This document shows, piece by piece, positions 9,929 to 21,300 of a stretch of 64,000 nucleotides of DNA. The notes below the pieces were generated by a model that saw only the letters and a program-made list of their open reading frames with translations, made no database searches and was not told where the DNA came from. Origin of the DNA: Microcoleus sp. Lineage in GTDB: Bacteria; Cyanobacteriota; Cyanobacteriia; Cyanobacteriales; Microcoleaceae. The first letter of the stretch is position 1; each line of letters opens with the position of its first letter. The translations under genes and the position numbers were made by a program. The stretch spans positions 1-64,000 of the forward strand of contig JAYFMW010000028.1 in NCBI GenBank assembly GCA_042408215.1, read 5' to 3'.

Positions 9929-10615
9929 ATGACTCGGATAATTTGTCTCGCTAATTCGTGGAAACGCGGCGACAGATGCATCGCCGGAATTAATGAACTT
10001 CAAGGTAAGTGGGTTCGCCCAGTTTCAGACTTACCAGATGGTCAGATTCCGCAAGAAATGCGGCAGATAAATAGACTTGAACCCGCATTATTAGATGTTC
10101 TAGACATTCCTCTGGCTAAGACGGGGCCGGACTTTGGCTTTGAGTGTGAAAATATCTCTGTTTTACCGGGAAAATGGCGGCAAGTTGGGAAGGTTCCGCC
10201 AGCATATTTGTTGAAATATTGCAACAGTCAGGAATATATTTTGCACAACGATTTGCGATATGTTACAGTGGAATATATGCAGTCTTTGCCAATGTGCGAT
10301 CGCCTGACTTTGCAATTAGTCAAAGCAGTAAAATTTACGGTAAAAAAGCTAAGTCAAAGATTTGAAGGTGCTCATAAATGGGAAGGATCTATTGTCACGC
10401 AGCATGACCAAAGATTGACCGCAACAATTACCGATCCGGTGTTTATTAGAAAGTTAGAATTGGGCTATCGACCGCAAAAAGCTTGTTTGGTAACGGTGAG
10501 TTTGAGTATGCCTTGGCGGCCCGATGATTGGGAGGGAGATGACCCTTGTTGGAAGTTGATTGCGGGTGTGGTAGAGTTGCCGGAAGATCTTGTTGGCGAT
10601 CGAGTTTTGTTTTGA
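9929..10615 (+). CDS. dual OB-fold (dOB) domain protein
   Basis: CLANSWK.G.RCIAG..WVRPV N-terminus, ITDP and VSL...WKLIAGV C-terminus; follows the DUF488 pair. Confidence 0.7.
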   Translation: MTRIICLANSWKRGDRCIAGINELQGKWVRPVSDLPDGQIPQEMRQINRLEPALLDVLDIPLAKTGPDFGFECENISVLPGKWRQVGKVPPAYLLKYCNSQEYILHNDLRYVTVEYMQSLPMCDRLTLQLVKAVKFTVKKLSQRFEGAHKWEGSIVTQHDQRLTATITDPVFIRKLELGYRPQKACLVTVSLSMPWRPDDWEGDDPCWKLIAGVVELPEDLVGDRVLF

Positions 10616-10710
10616 CCGAAATGGCGATCGATGCTTAATTTTTGTTAATTGTGCGTATTTTGTGCTATAATCATGCCGGAGTTTACCTTACCAAAAAGGG
10701 GTGCTGTTTT

Positions 10711-11196
10711 ATGAAAGCAGAATTTTATTATGACCGTTACAGATATACTTGCAGTTTAGTTCAAATGAATTTTACGCAAGAATTGAAAATTAAAAATCAT
10801 CAAGGCTTTGTATTAGCAGTTAAGCAAGGAGCCAAAATGGGAATTTTGGGCAAAACTCGCGAGAGTGCGAAAAAAGTTGATGTCAGTAAATCTCATTTTT
10901 ATAATGTAATTAAAGCAGCCATGAATGCTTTGGAATTAGAAGCTAGCAATGAGTTAATTTTAGAGAAGAATCGGACTATTTATGAAGCAGAGGAAAAGAT
11001 TCAGGAGCAAGATAGAGAAATTCGGGTGCTGAATGAACAGCTAAGAATACTTACAGAAAGAGTTGAGCAGTTGTCAGCAGAAAAGCAGCAATTAGATAAT
11101 GAAACCATAGAAACTGAGATTAGTCAAGAAGTAGAAGAATGTTTAGCATCACAGGAAGATTTATCGACGCAGGAAACACAGTTATTCATAAATTAA
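10711..11196 (+). CDS. hypothetical protein with C-terminal coiled coil
   Basis: ATG 10711 about 40 nt after TATAAT; E/Q/K-rich heptad C-terminus. Confidence 0.65.
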   Translation: MKAEFYYDRYRYTCSLVQMNFTQELKIKNHQGFVLAVKQGAKMGILGKTRESAKKVDVSKSHFYNVIKAAMNALELEASNELILEKNRTIYEAEEKIQEQDREIRVLNEQLRILTERVEQLSAEKQQLDNETIETEISQEVEECLASQEDLSTQETQLFIN

Positions 11197-11216
11197 TCGC
11201 AATATCACTTTTTGCA

Positions 11217-11816
11217 TTAAAACAAATCAGGGCAATAACTCCCTGGATTCGAGATCAAATTGTTTAATATTCCGAACTGTTGAAACACCGGAGAAGACAA
11301 GCTGACGGGTAATGAAACTGGCCCGCACGGAGCCTTATTGTCTTTGAAATACACAATTCCCAAATAAGATTTAACGCCTAATTGTTTAGACAAAGCTACT
11401 TGAATAGCCAGCGGATTGTTATTATAACTGGCAATTTTTATGCCATATAAATAATTGTTTGTTTCTGCTACAGAAAAGCCCAAAGATTTCAAAAGGCCAG
11501 CCGCAGAACTCGGTGTTTCTGGCTGTGGAAATGAGAGAGTGCCGAAAGAGTTTGTAAATTGAGATTCTTCTGAATATTCCGCAGTTTGGTGTTTATTCAG
11601 ATAACTAATATATTGTGTAGCTTCACTTTCTTTAGCTTGGTTGATTAATCTGAGGAAAGTAGGCAAAGCAATAGCCGATAAAATCCCAACGATCAATATC
11701 ACAACTAATAATTCAATCAAAGTGAAGCCGTGGGAGGAATTATGACATTTTTGTCGTCGTAAATAGCGTTTATGGTGACAGATGTATAACAAAAAGTTTT
11801 GAGTAAATACAGACAT
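11217..11816 (-). CDS. type IV pilin-like protein
   Basis: G|FTLIELLVVILIVGILSAIALP prepilin motif, QAKESEA, C-terminal Cys pair. Confidence 0.85.
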   Translation of the reverse strand: MSVFTQNFLLYICHHKRYLRRQKCHNSSHGFTLIELLVVILIVGILSAIALPTFLRLINQAKESEATQYISYLNKHQTAEYSEESQFTNSFGTLSFPQPETPSSAAGLLKSLGFSVAETNNYLYGIKIASYNNNPLAIQVALSKQLGVKSYLGIVYFKDNKAPCGPVSLPVSLSSPVFQQFGILNNLISNPGSYCPDLF

Positions 11817-11907
11817 AAATACCCCCTAAAACTGAACTAGAAGTAAAATAAGACCAAGGTCAAAAAAACCGGGTTTCTCCGAAAAATCGTGCATCAAACC
11901 AGAGATA

Positions 11908-14872
11908 TTAAGACAGAAACCCGGTTTTTGGCCCCGCGTAGATTCCGCCATTAAGTATTCCTTGCAATTCTCGCCAAGTTTTCGGATACTCAGCTTTATT
12001 TTGACAGATAATCGGCAACCAGCTAACACCGGGAATTTCCCCATCATAATCTTTTAGACGCTTTCGGGCTTCTCTCACGGAAACATAAAAAGAATTGCCG
12101 CCAGCAAAAGCTTGGAGAAAAGCTTTCAGAAACTCCTGGGCGACTAAATCCGGCACTCGTTCCCGCATCACGATAATTTGAGGGATATCTAAATGGGCTA
12201 ATTGCTTCGCCAATCCTAAGCCATCGCAAGAGTTAAAGATTGCTATTTCCAAACCCTTTTGAATAGCTATTTTCAAGGAATCTTTTAGCTGTTCCACGGT
12301 TAACTTATCTGTTTCATTGATACAAATCACCCCCGTACTGCCATCTACTTCGCTCTGACTGTGACCCGAAAAACACAAGATATCCCAGCCTATTTTATCA
12401 GTGAGATGTTCCTCAAGTTTCCTGAGATTTGGTTTTTCCAAAAATTTTATTTCGGCTCCTTGCAAATCCTCCAAAATTTGTCTATCTGCATCGAGATTAA
12501 TTCCTGTACTGTCGCCCAAAACTGCCAAAATTCTTACTTTGTTTCTCGATGGTACTGATTTTTTGACTCTGTTAGATAGTTTGCGACTTAAAGCTACTTC
12601 TGCTTTAGTGTAGCTTTCAAAAAATTCCCATTGATGCCAGGGGAGTTTTCGCAGTAAATTATCTTCAGTTTCGATGATTACCCGCACCTCGTCATTGTGG
12701 TTTAACTTGTCGCGCAATCCATGCTGGATTGGGTGAAATTGTTCTGATTTCAGCCAATTCTTTACATCCATTTCTACTTGTTCAGCTTAGGGTTTTTAGC
12801 TCCTCTATGGAAAAGTTAGTGATTTGACCTTTGTCTACTTTTATGGCACGGTTGTTTCGCTTACGGTTAAACTCATACATTTCTTGCCACTTTTGATAGT
12901 TTTCTGAAAGTTCAGGTTTGGGTGGCAATTTGCCTTCTAATGTTATGCCTAAACGCTGGCGATCGCACAAAATATCAGCACTGTCACCTCAAACCCTTGT
13001 TTCAAGTCACCACGCTCCAATTTTAAGAAGACTACTTGTTCAGACAATGGTCTGACTATATCCTCCATTACTGACAGCAAGTATTGGCGCTGTTCTGCCA
13101 TTGTTTGCAGGGTAGGAACTTGTCTGCCGAATATTTTTAGCGTTTCTTGATAGAAAATATTGAAATCATTATAAATTTTTTCTTTGTCCGCATCAGGAGG
13201 TACGCTGACTTTGACGACAACTCCATTTCCTTTATTTTCAATACTTTGAATGTTGAGTGGTATACCTTGATTTTCTACTTGGACTTGTTGGAAAGATTCC
13301 ACGAAAGCTTTCCAGTCAACACCGTGGCTGAAGATTAAGTCAACTGTATTTATAACTTCTTCAAAAAAGGTGGTAAATTCTCCTGGTTGATAGTTCGCCT
13401 GTACCGCTGGGGCGGCGTTCGCGATCGTCCGTTCGCGGTTTCGGTTCTTCTAGCAAATAAACCCACCTACAATCAACCCATTCTAGTTCCGTAGTGCTGT
13501 CAATATTCCAGGTTCCCAAACCGCAAACACCAGTCATTTGGGCACTACTAAAATCAGTGCCGATCGCCTGAACTTGACTAAATATTGCATATTCTAAATT
13601 AGCCGTTTCCAAAGTGGCTTGACTGAGGTCTGCTGTTTGAAGTTTAGCATTTCTGAGGTCTGCACCTATCAAGTTTGCTCCTCTCAAATCCATGCCTTGA
13701 TAGCATTTTTGATGACCGTTGCCGGTGACAAGTAAATCTCGCACTGCTGGATTGATTAATATTGTCTCATCGACTCTTGCCCAGTCGAGAAAACGAGCGT
13801 GACGCCACATAGTTCGGTGGATAGTAGCAAATCTAAAATCGGTGTTTTTGAGGGTGGCGTAGCTGAAGTTAGTATGGGCTAATTGAGTATTGCGAAAACT
13901 GGTGCCGCCCATCGCACCAATGACGATCGCTAACTGGCGAATTACGCTGTATTTATCATCTTCGGCTAAAACTCTTTTAGCAATGTAAGTTCCTAATAAG
14001 ACCAAAGCTACAGCTACAATTACAGATCCAGCGATCGCCGCAATAACTACAGGCGGATCGGCAAAGTTTTTGACACAATTATTCAGGACATCATAGCATT
14101 TATTGTTTCTGTTGTCAACTACTCCAGCTTGGATTAATACGGATGCTTTTAAATATCTCAAGGAATTTCTGGCAATAATTCCGGTGGCGATCGCACTTAT
14201 AGCCACAGCTTCAAATAGAGCCAAAGCTGCAATCGTCCGCCCCAGAACAACTTCAGCCAATGTTAGGGCTAAAGGAAGAGCGACAACTGCGATCGTAGTT
14301 GCAACGACAGCCGCAGTTAAAGTCACAATTAAAAACGGAGTATCGTTAGCCTTCGTTTCGCCAGACAAGGCACTAATTAAGGCACCAGTTCTAAAAGACC
14401 TTAACCACGAAAGTATGGGATGTTTATCATTGGAGAATGCAGAGAGAAAACCAATGAGAGGTACAAAAATAGCAGCCGCAATACCTAAATAATCTAAAGC
14501 TTTTTGTATCCCTTGGCGAATCATAGTAGTCAACAGAATAGCATTGACTAATAAGATGATTGCGGTTGGTATAAAACCGATATGCTCGGTTGTTTTGGGA
14601 ATTAGAGATTTGAATGTATTATCAACAGCAATTACAGCAGCTATTCCTGATATCGCCGAGAGCAGTGCTACAATTAAGAATATTTTGATTTGGGATTTTC
14701 TGGCTAATCCGCAGCGAGCGTGATTGAAATTAGCCCCATCGAGAGTTGCATTGGTAAAGTCTGCACCTCGGATATCTGCATTAGAGAAATCTTCATTGGT
14801 GAGATTACGACCTTTGAAAGAACGACCTTGGAGATTTTTACCGCGAAAGTTTTGAAAGGTTAATGATGACAT
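11908..14872 (-). pseudogene. membrane pentapeptide-repeat/CHAT protease fusion split into 4 ORFs by 3 frameshifts
   Basis: Pentapeptide repeats and TM helices (13361-14872), linkers (12949-13302, 12782-12970), CHAT domain with FSGHS and FNSCDG (11908-12771); frames join after small indels near 13395, 12970 and 12787. Confidence 0.8.
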
Positions 14873-14890
14873 ATGGTATAAGGAGGTTCG

Positions 14891-14970
14891 GCAGCGGATT
14901 TTGTAACGGATTTAACGGATGTTTGGCAGCGGATTTTGTAACGGATTTAACGGATGTTTGGCAACGGATT
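14891..14970. repeat. 35-bp direct duplication containing seven CGGAT units
   Basis: gcagcggattttgtaacggatttaacggatgtttg x2 plus a partial copy, 20 nt upstream of the pentapeptide-CHAT start. Confidence 0.9.
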
Positions 14971-14990
14971 CCTCGTTTCCAGGCTGTTCC

Positions 14991-15191
14991 CATTGGTGAC
15001 AACTTAAGACTGGAATTCATAATAAATGTCGCTTTTAGGCGAAGTCTAGATCCCCCTAAATCCCCCTTAAGAAGGGGGACTTCGATCCATTTCCGGTTCC
15101 CCCCTTATTAAGGGGGGTTAGGGGGGATCGAGAGGCTAATTTACCCATACATTAAACTGGTACTAAATTTGACATTGAGTTGACACTAATG
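14991..15191. mobile_element. MITE-like element with 18-bp imperfect TIRs and internal CCCCCTTAA-GGGGG palindromes
   Basis: cattggtgacaacttaag ... attgagttgacactaatg; related copies at 33605-33798 and 55983-56190. Confidence 0.75.
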
Positions 15192-15239
15192 AGAAGGGTA
15201 GTACCCCTACATAGTTTTACAAATGGCTTAGACGCGCTA

Positions 15240-15380
15240 TATATCATATCCGGTTGATTCGTGTTTGTATGGGCGGGGCGGGTTTATGAAGCTGTTGGCT
15301 TGGAAGTCAAGAATACTGGTGAACCCGCCCCTACAATACATTGCATTATACAAGAAGGAATCAATCGGACTCGATCTAAC
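15240..15380. mobile_element. second miniature inverted-repeat element with internal GGGGCGGGTT..AACCCGCCC hairpin
   Basis: tatatcatatccggttgattc ... gaatcaatcggactcgatcta ends. Confidence 0.5.
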
Positions 15381-15395
15381 CCAGTTAGGTAACTG

Positions 15396-16334
15396 CTACA
15401 AACGAAAAGATTGCCTCACATTTACCTCTCCTAACACGATATTAATGCTGAACAATTCCCTTAAATCTGGAGTAAATTCAAATTTAATAAAGTTGTCAGC
15501 TTTTCTCGATTCTACCTGATAAAGTAGCTCTTCTGACTCATTAATCAGCATCAATTTCAACCCTGGAGGCAAGTAAGTTTGATTTCCCATTGGATGCACT
15601 TCTATCTCAATATTTACTTCTAAATCTGGTTCTGGCGGCAGCGTGACTAGCAGTGCTACGGAGTGTTCTGCTAATTGCATTCCCAGGTCAATTTTATGAC
15701 CGCGATCGATAGGTAATGCGTTGTTGCTTCTAAAAGAGCGAAATTGCAATTTTTGAGAATTTAATAGCTCATCGATTACTTGCCATCCCTCATCAAAAAC
15801 ATCGTCAAACCAGTTCATTAAATTAATTGGTTTTAGTTGTTTGATTCGATTCATGTAGACGAGTAAATCTTCGAGGTAATTCATTTCATCCAGAGGTACT
15901 TGTTTAGCTACTTTTCTGGTAAATCCTAACAGCGTTGCTTGTCTCAAAGATTGGTCAAACTGTACGGCTACATAACCAATTCTGTCTCCCCAAGCATCGT
16001 AGGAAATCTGACAAGCGTCTGCATCTGGTAAGACGGGACAGCATTCTATTTTTCCTATTTGTTTAACGTGTAAATCTGCCACATCCATCAGTTTCAGCAT
16101 TAATGGATTGCGACTGTCGCTAACAGGCCAATCTGTCTCAAATCCCATGCAGCGCAGGTAAGAATCTACTGCATATACTGCGAGGGTATTAAGATAAACT
16201 TGTTTGAATTTTTTCGGACTGGATTGTTTGCTGCACTGTTGGGCAATTTCGTGCGCTTCAAAGGATAGTGGCACTGTGAAAGTTATGGTTTCAATCATTT
16301 TACTCATCATTAATTTATCCGCTGCATCACTCAA
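15396..16334 (-). CDS. DUF1822 family protein
   Basis: KQVYLNTLAVYAV..YL, DRIGYVAVQF..LLGF, L..WF..GWQ, LPPGL.L, ESR..DNFI motifs. Confidence 0.85.
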   Translation of the reverse strand: MSDAADKLMMSKMIETITFTVPLSFEAHEIAQQCSKQSSPKKFKQVYLNTLAVYAVDSYLRCMGFETDWPVSDSRNPLMLKLMDVADLHVKQIGKIECCPVLPDADACQISYDAWGDRIGYVAVQFDQSLRQATLLGFTRKVAKQVPLDEMNYLEDLLVYMNRIKQLKPINLMNWFDDVFDEGWQVIDELLNSQKLQFRSFRSNNALPIDRGHKIDLGMQLAEHSVALLVTLPPEPDLEVNIEIEVHPMGNQTYLPPGLKLMLINESEELLYQVESRKADNFIKFEFTPDLRELFSINIVLGEVNVRQSFRL

Positions 16335-16337
16335 CTA

Positions 16338-16997
16338 CTACTGTAATTTATTACGAATGTAATCTGAAAATTTCCGCAGATTTCGATCGAAAAAACTTTG
16401 GAGTGTTGAAATGCTTTTGGTAGGGTGAAATCTTTGAGCTATGGTCTTCCATTTTTCATCATCTAATATAGCTAAAGCTATGACTTGCCAAGTGATATCG
16501 GGACGATTTTTGATGGTTTTATTTCGGAAAAGACGATCGGGATCTTCTGCTATCAATTCACGCAGTCTTTGGGTATCTTCCATCATTTGCATCTGGGGAT
16601 AGTTTTGTTGATAAATATCGGATTCTTCTTGTTCAAATTTTTCTAAGTCATCTATCGAGAAACATTTAATTCTTGTTTCTCTTCTATATCGATCGCACAC
16701 ATCTCTAAATCTAAAGTTAAAGAAGTGATTCACCCAAGCCATGACTGGTTTTTTTGAATCATAGGTGTCAATGTTTTGACAGATATGCTCAACTATTTTC
16801 AACCGGGCTTCGCTGTAAATATCTTCGTAAAGATGAAGAAGGCTGTCATCACCTATGTGGGGACGAGTAAGTCTGTTATGACGGTAAATTTGGTCTATCA
16901 ATTTGGTTAATGCTATCTGTCGCTCTTGGCTTCCGGCTGGGTGCTGTTGAGCTTCTAGGGCTAGCTGTTTGAGCTGCAAATCGATTTCGTCTTCCAT
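16338..16997 (-). CDS. sigma-70 family (ECF-like) sigma factor
   Basis: LKQLALEAQQHP..S.ERQ.AL, NIDTYD...VMAWVN region-2-like segment, C-terminal HTH (WKTIAQ..ISTLQSFF.R); 3 nt from DUF1822 gene. Confidence 0.75.
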   Translation of the reverse strand: MEDEIDLQLKQLALEAQQHPAGSQERQIALTKLIDQIYRHNRLTRPHIGDDSLLHLYEDIYSEARLKIVEHICQNIDTYDSKKPVMAWVNHFFNFRFRDVCDRYRRETRIKCFSIDDLEKFEQEESDIYQQNYPQMQMMEDTQRLRELIAEDPDRLFRNKTIKNRPDITWQVIALAILDDEKWKTIAQRFHPTKSISTLQSFFDRNLRKFSDYIRNKLQ

Positions 16998-17058
16998 CGG
17001 GCTCTCCTCACTCCTGTGGGTATTTTTGTGCTGTCTGTTGGAACCTCTATTTATATTT

Positions 17059-17084
17059 CGGATTTGGTGGCCAGTTTTTACGCA
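17059..17084 (-). promoter_or_regulatory. candidate alternative-sigma promoter upstream of the sigma gene
   Basis: TGCGTAAAAA-CTGGCCACCA-AATCCG on minus strand. Confidence 0.5.
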
Positions 17085-17148
17085 TTTAGGGGGAAATTGT
17101 TACAAAACTTTACTGTTTTAGGGGTTTTGGAAAAAAAGTTTTGAGGTT

Positions 17149-17179
17149 TGCGGAAAAAGTTTGGCTGGATTCCGTAAGT
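17149..17179 (+). promoter_or_regulatory. candidate alternative-sigma promoter upstream of PEP-CTERM gene
   Basis: TGCGGAAAAA-GTTTGGCTGG-ATTCCG-TAAGT. Confidence 0.55.
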
Positions 17180-17296
17180 GAGAATAGGGGGCGATTTCCT
17201 GGGGTATGGCTTTGCTGGCGCGGGCTTTTGGGGAAAGGGCGATCGTCCGCTAAATACTTTGATTGTCAACTTTTACTTTTTCTGGGAATCAATTTT

Positions 17297-17908
17297 ATGG
17301 CTACTGTGAAGAAATTATCAATGATTGCGATCGGAGCAACATTTTTAGCTTTAGGAACAAACAGTGCGGCAGAAGGTGCAATTATTGGAGGAAAAATTTT
17401 TTCGACAGGAGGGGAAATATCAGTGCAAGTTTTACCAGCAGAAGCAGGTTTGACCAGCAATTTGAGTCTTTACTCTCCGGGAGCGCAAAGATTCATTGCA
17501 ACTAATCGGGATGTTGGCAAAGTCGTTAATTTGGGAAGTTTTCAAGCTGGCTTAGAACTAATATTTGGGATATTTACTCAAGGCAAAAAAGCCAAGGACA
17601 GGAACACTTTTTTAATGGGAGAGGGTTCGCGAAACCCCGATGGAATCGCCCATGCTGCGGTAGCTTTTCTCAGTCCTGGGGTAGCCATTGTTGGGTTTGA
17701 AGATAAGCTGGGTGGCGGAGATTTGGACTACGATGATAATACTTTCCGCTTTACTGGGGCGATCGCGAATACTCCAGATACTGCTGAAGCTGAACCTGTT
17801 CCCGAACCGACTACTGTGTTGGGTACTTTAGCTTTTGGTGCTGTCATTTCCCGCTGGCGGATGAAGCGCAAACAGCAACAGAAAGTTTTGAATTCAACGG
17901 TTGCTTAA
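17297..17908 (+). CDS. PEP-CTERM protein with DUF4114-like domain
   Basis: Signal peptide, GFED..GGGD.DYDD..F motif, VPEPTTVLG..TM..RMKRK. Confidence 0.85.
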   Translation: MATVKKLSMIAIGATFLALGTNSAAEGAIIGGKIFSTGGEISVQVLPAEAGLTSNLSLYSPGAQRFIATNRDVGKVVNLGSFQAGLELIFGIFTQGKKAKDRNTFLMGEGSRNPDGIAHAAVAFLSPGVAIVGFEDKLGGGDLDYDDNTFRFTGAIANTPDTAEAEPVPEPTTVLGTLAFGAVISRWRMKRKQQQKVLNSTVA

Positions 17909-17933
17909 TTTGAGATATTTCACTTCGTTGTAG

Positions 17934-18005
17934 TCCGTCGGGGGTTTAAAGTTTCGCCTCATAGCGAAAGTCCGGCGGGGGTTTAAACCCCCGCCTCATA
18001 GCGAA
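17934..18005. repeat. tandem GGCGGGGGTTTAAACCCCCGCC-type palindromes
   Basis: Two adjacent related units ending cgcctcatagcgaaag. Confidence 0.65.
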
Positions 18006-18168
18006 AGCAGGTTCGATAGACAAATATGCAAGGATTTTACAGCATTATTCAGTCGGTTTTTAACCGACTTGCACTATGAGACGGGGAATTGATTCCCCGG
18101 CGGACTTGCGGACAAACGAACCAAACGAATCAGCCAATCGCGCCGTTTCAAAAAAAAGTTGCGAGATT

Positions 18169-18199
18169 TGCGGAAAAAGTTCTATCGAATTTCGTAAGT
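18169..18199 (+). promoter_or_regulatory. candidate alternative-sigma promoter upstream of giant subtilase
   Basis: TGCGGAAAAA-GTTCTATCGA-ATTTCG-TAAGT, preceded by the same AAAAAAAGTT..GAG.TT as at 17131. Confidence 0.55.
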
Positions 18200-18301
18200 A
18201 ATAACAAGAGGCCGATCGCACTTTTAAACAAACGGGCGATCGCCCCATTTCAGTTCATTATATCACTTTTAATTCAATCCTAGACTAGGAGTGCAATTTC
18301 A

Positions 18302-21300
18302 ATGGCTACCACAAATGAAGTTTCCAGCAACCTGCTCATCGATGTTTTGATAACTGACACTTTACCGGGAAGTGCAGCCAAAAATTCCATCCTCAATCCT
18401 TTAAGCAGCAGCAACAGTCAAAATATTGGCGGTAGTCCTTTGATAGCTGATACCAAAACTCAGCCGATTATTGAACCAGAAAAGCTATCCAGTGCGACTG
18501 ACACGCTTAATTCAAAAAATGCGATTGCGGAACCCAATAGCAAAAAAATAGATGATTCATTAATTGTTTCGGACACTCTAAAAGGCGGTTTAAGCGGCTC
18601 AGCCAGCACCAGTATTAGTCAGGACACTATATCTTCCAGTCCTGGTACAGATGTCAAAGATACCCTGACTGGAAGCACAAAAGATGCACAGTTAGTTGTG
18701 ATTAAAGGCGACAGTATTACAGCAACTGATTCCTTGACTAATCCTCAGAGTGTGGAGAAGATACCATCTGAGAAAAGTCCCGATACCTTAGCTGAGAAAG
18801 AAACTAAGCCAGAAATTGCGATCGCCCAAAATACCTCTGTCGCAGAATCCAAACCAACAACTACTACCTTAGCTGAAACACAAACTAAGACAGAAATTGC
18901 GATCGCCCCAAATACCTCTGTCACAGAATCCAAACCAGCAACGACTACCTTAGCTGAGAAAGAAACTAAGACAGAAATTGCGATCGCCCCAAATACCTCT
19001 GTCGCAGAATCCAAACCAGCAACCACTACCTTAGCTGAGAAAGAAACTAAGACAGAAATGGCGATCGCCCAAAATACTTCTGTTGTCTCAGAATCGAAAG
19101 CAACAACGACTCCAGATACCTTAGCCACAAAAGAAAGTAAGCCAGAAATGGCGATCGCCCAAAATACTTCTGTCGCAGAATCGAAAGAAACAACGACTCC
19201 AGATACATTAGTTGCAAAAGAAAGTAAGCCAGAAATGGCGATCGCCCAAAATACTTCTGTTGTCTCAGAACCGAAAGAAACAGCGATTTCAGAAGCTATC
19301 AAACCAGATAATTCGACAGCAGAAAAACCAGCCACTACAGTCGCCGATGTTAGCAAAGACAGCAACCCAGAAAAATCTCCAGCTAGCAGCACAGAAAACA
19401 ACAAACAATCTACAGACAATACAGAAGTTGTCGCAGTTGAAACACAAAAAGAACTCAGTCCAACCGTTCCTAAATCAGAGCCAGTAGCCGATAATTCATT
19501 TACATCCGGGAAATTTGTTGTTGACTCTACAGGTCAAGTCGGCATTGATTTCTTATTTGACGGTGGCTTGTATAAAGGTCAACTAGCTATCATCAGTCTC
19601 AAAGGAATGGAGAAGTTTTCTCCGGGTTCCGAAGAATTTCTCAAAGAAGTGGCTTCGAGAGCACTTAGTAACTCTGCAAAAGGTCATGTAGTGATTGATG
19701 ACTTGAGCGAAGGTGCAAAATTTACCGGTAATTTACCTGAAGGAAATTCTAACGATGGAAGTTACTTAGGAGTCAAGACTTTTGCGATGACTCCGGGTGA
19801 GGAATTTGGGGTGATGTTAGTACCTAATGGGACTGTACAAGAGGTGCTTAATAATCCGGCGATCGGAGGAGACAAACGTCCTTTATTTTCAATGGTGACA
19901 GCGAATCCTGCTGAGGGATTTTATCTGGGTCAAATTGCAGATGTAACGGGTAGCGGCAAGACTTTTACAATGGAGGATATGCGAGTCGATTTAGGGAGCG
20001 ATCGCGATTACAATGACTTCGTATTTCAGGTGCGGGGTGCAACTGGTCAAGCTGTGAATTTAGATAGTGTGATTAATGCTGATAAAGATTGGCGCAAAAC
20101 GGATATGGGTCAGGCTTTGATTGCTTATGCTAAACCTTACGTTGAACCGAAGTTAGAGCCTGTAAAAGAGGATGCAAAACCTGTTACTAATTCTGAGTCA
20201 AATTCAGTTTTAGATGTTCCGATTTCGGATACTTTACCGACTGCAAAAGAGGATGCAAAACCTGTCACTAATTCTGTGGAAACTAAAGATGTGGCGGTTT
20301 CTGAAACAAAAGTAACGCCGACTGATGAAGCTAAAACAGAGCCGATCGCACCTGTTTCTACTGCTACTGAATCTGTCTCGAAAACCGAGGTTGCTACTTC
20401 AGATACAACTGTAACGCCAGCGGTGAAAATTGAAGAGGACAAAAAGGCGATCGTACCTGTTTCTACTGCTACTGAATCTGTCTCGAAAACCGAGGTTGCT
20501 ACTTCAGCAGGACTTACGCATGGGGAATCAGAAACCGGGTTTTTCTCCGAAAATACTTCGTTACAGCCCACAGATGCGGTAAAAAACCCGGTTTCTTTGG
20601 TCGAAGATCATCAGCCATCTTCAGATAAGACTGTAACGCCAGCGGTGAAAATAGAAGAGGACAAAAAGGCGATCGTACCTGTTTCTACTGCTAATGAATC
20701 TGTTGCAAAAACCGAGGTTGCTACTTCAGATACAACTGTAACGCCGGCGGTGAAAATAGAAGAGGACAAAAAGGCGATCGTACCTGTTTCTACTGCTACT
20801 GAATCTGTCTCGAAAACCGAGGTTGCTACTTCAACAGAACTTACGCATGGGAGTCCAGAAACCGGGTTTTTTGACGAAAATACTTCGTTACAGCCCACAG
20901 ATTCGGTAAAAAACCCGGTTTCTTTAGTCGAAGCGGATCAGCCATCTTCAGATAAGACTGTAACGCCAGCGGTGATAATTGAAGAGGAAAAAAAGGCGAT
21001 CGTACCTGTTTTTACTCCCAATGAATCTGTCTCGAAAACGGAGGTTGCTACTTCAGATAAGACTGTAGTTTCTGAGGTGAAGATTGCAGAGGAAAAAAAG
21101 GCGATCGTACCTGTTTCTACTGCTACTGAACCTGTTGCAAAAACCGAGGTTGCTACTTCAGATACAACTGTAACGCCAGCGGTGAAAATTGAAGAGGAAA
21201 AAAAGGCGATCGTACCTGTTTCTACTGCTACTGAATCTGTTGCAAAAACCGAGGTTACTACTTCAGATAAAACTGTAACGCCAGCGGTGATAATAGAAGA

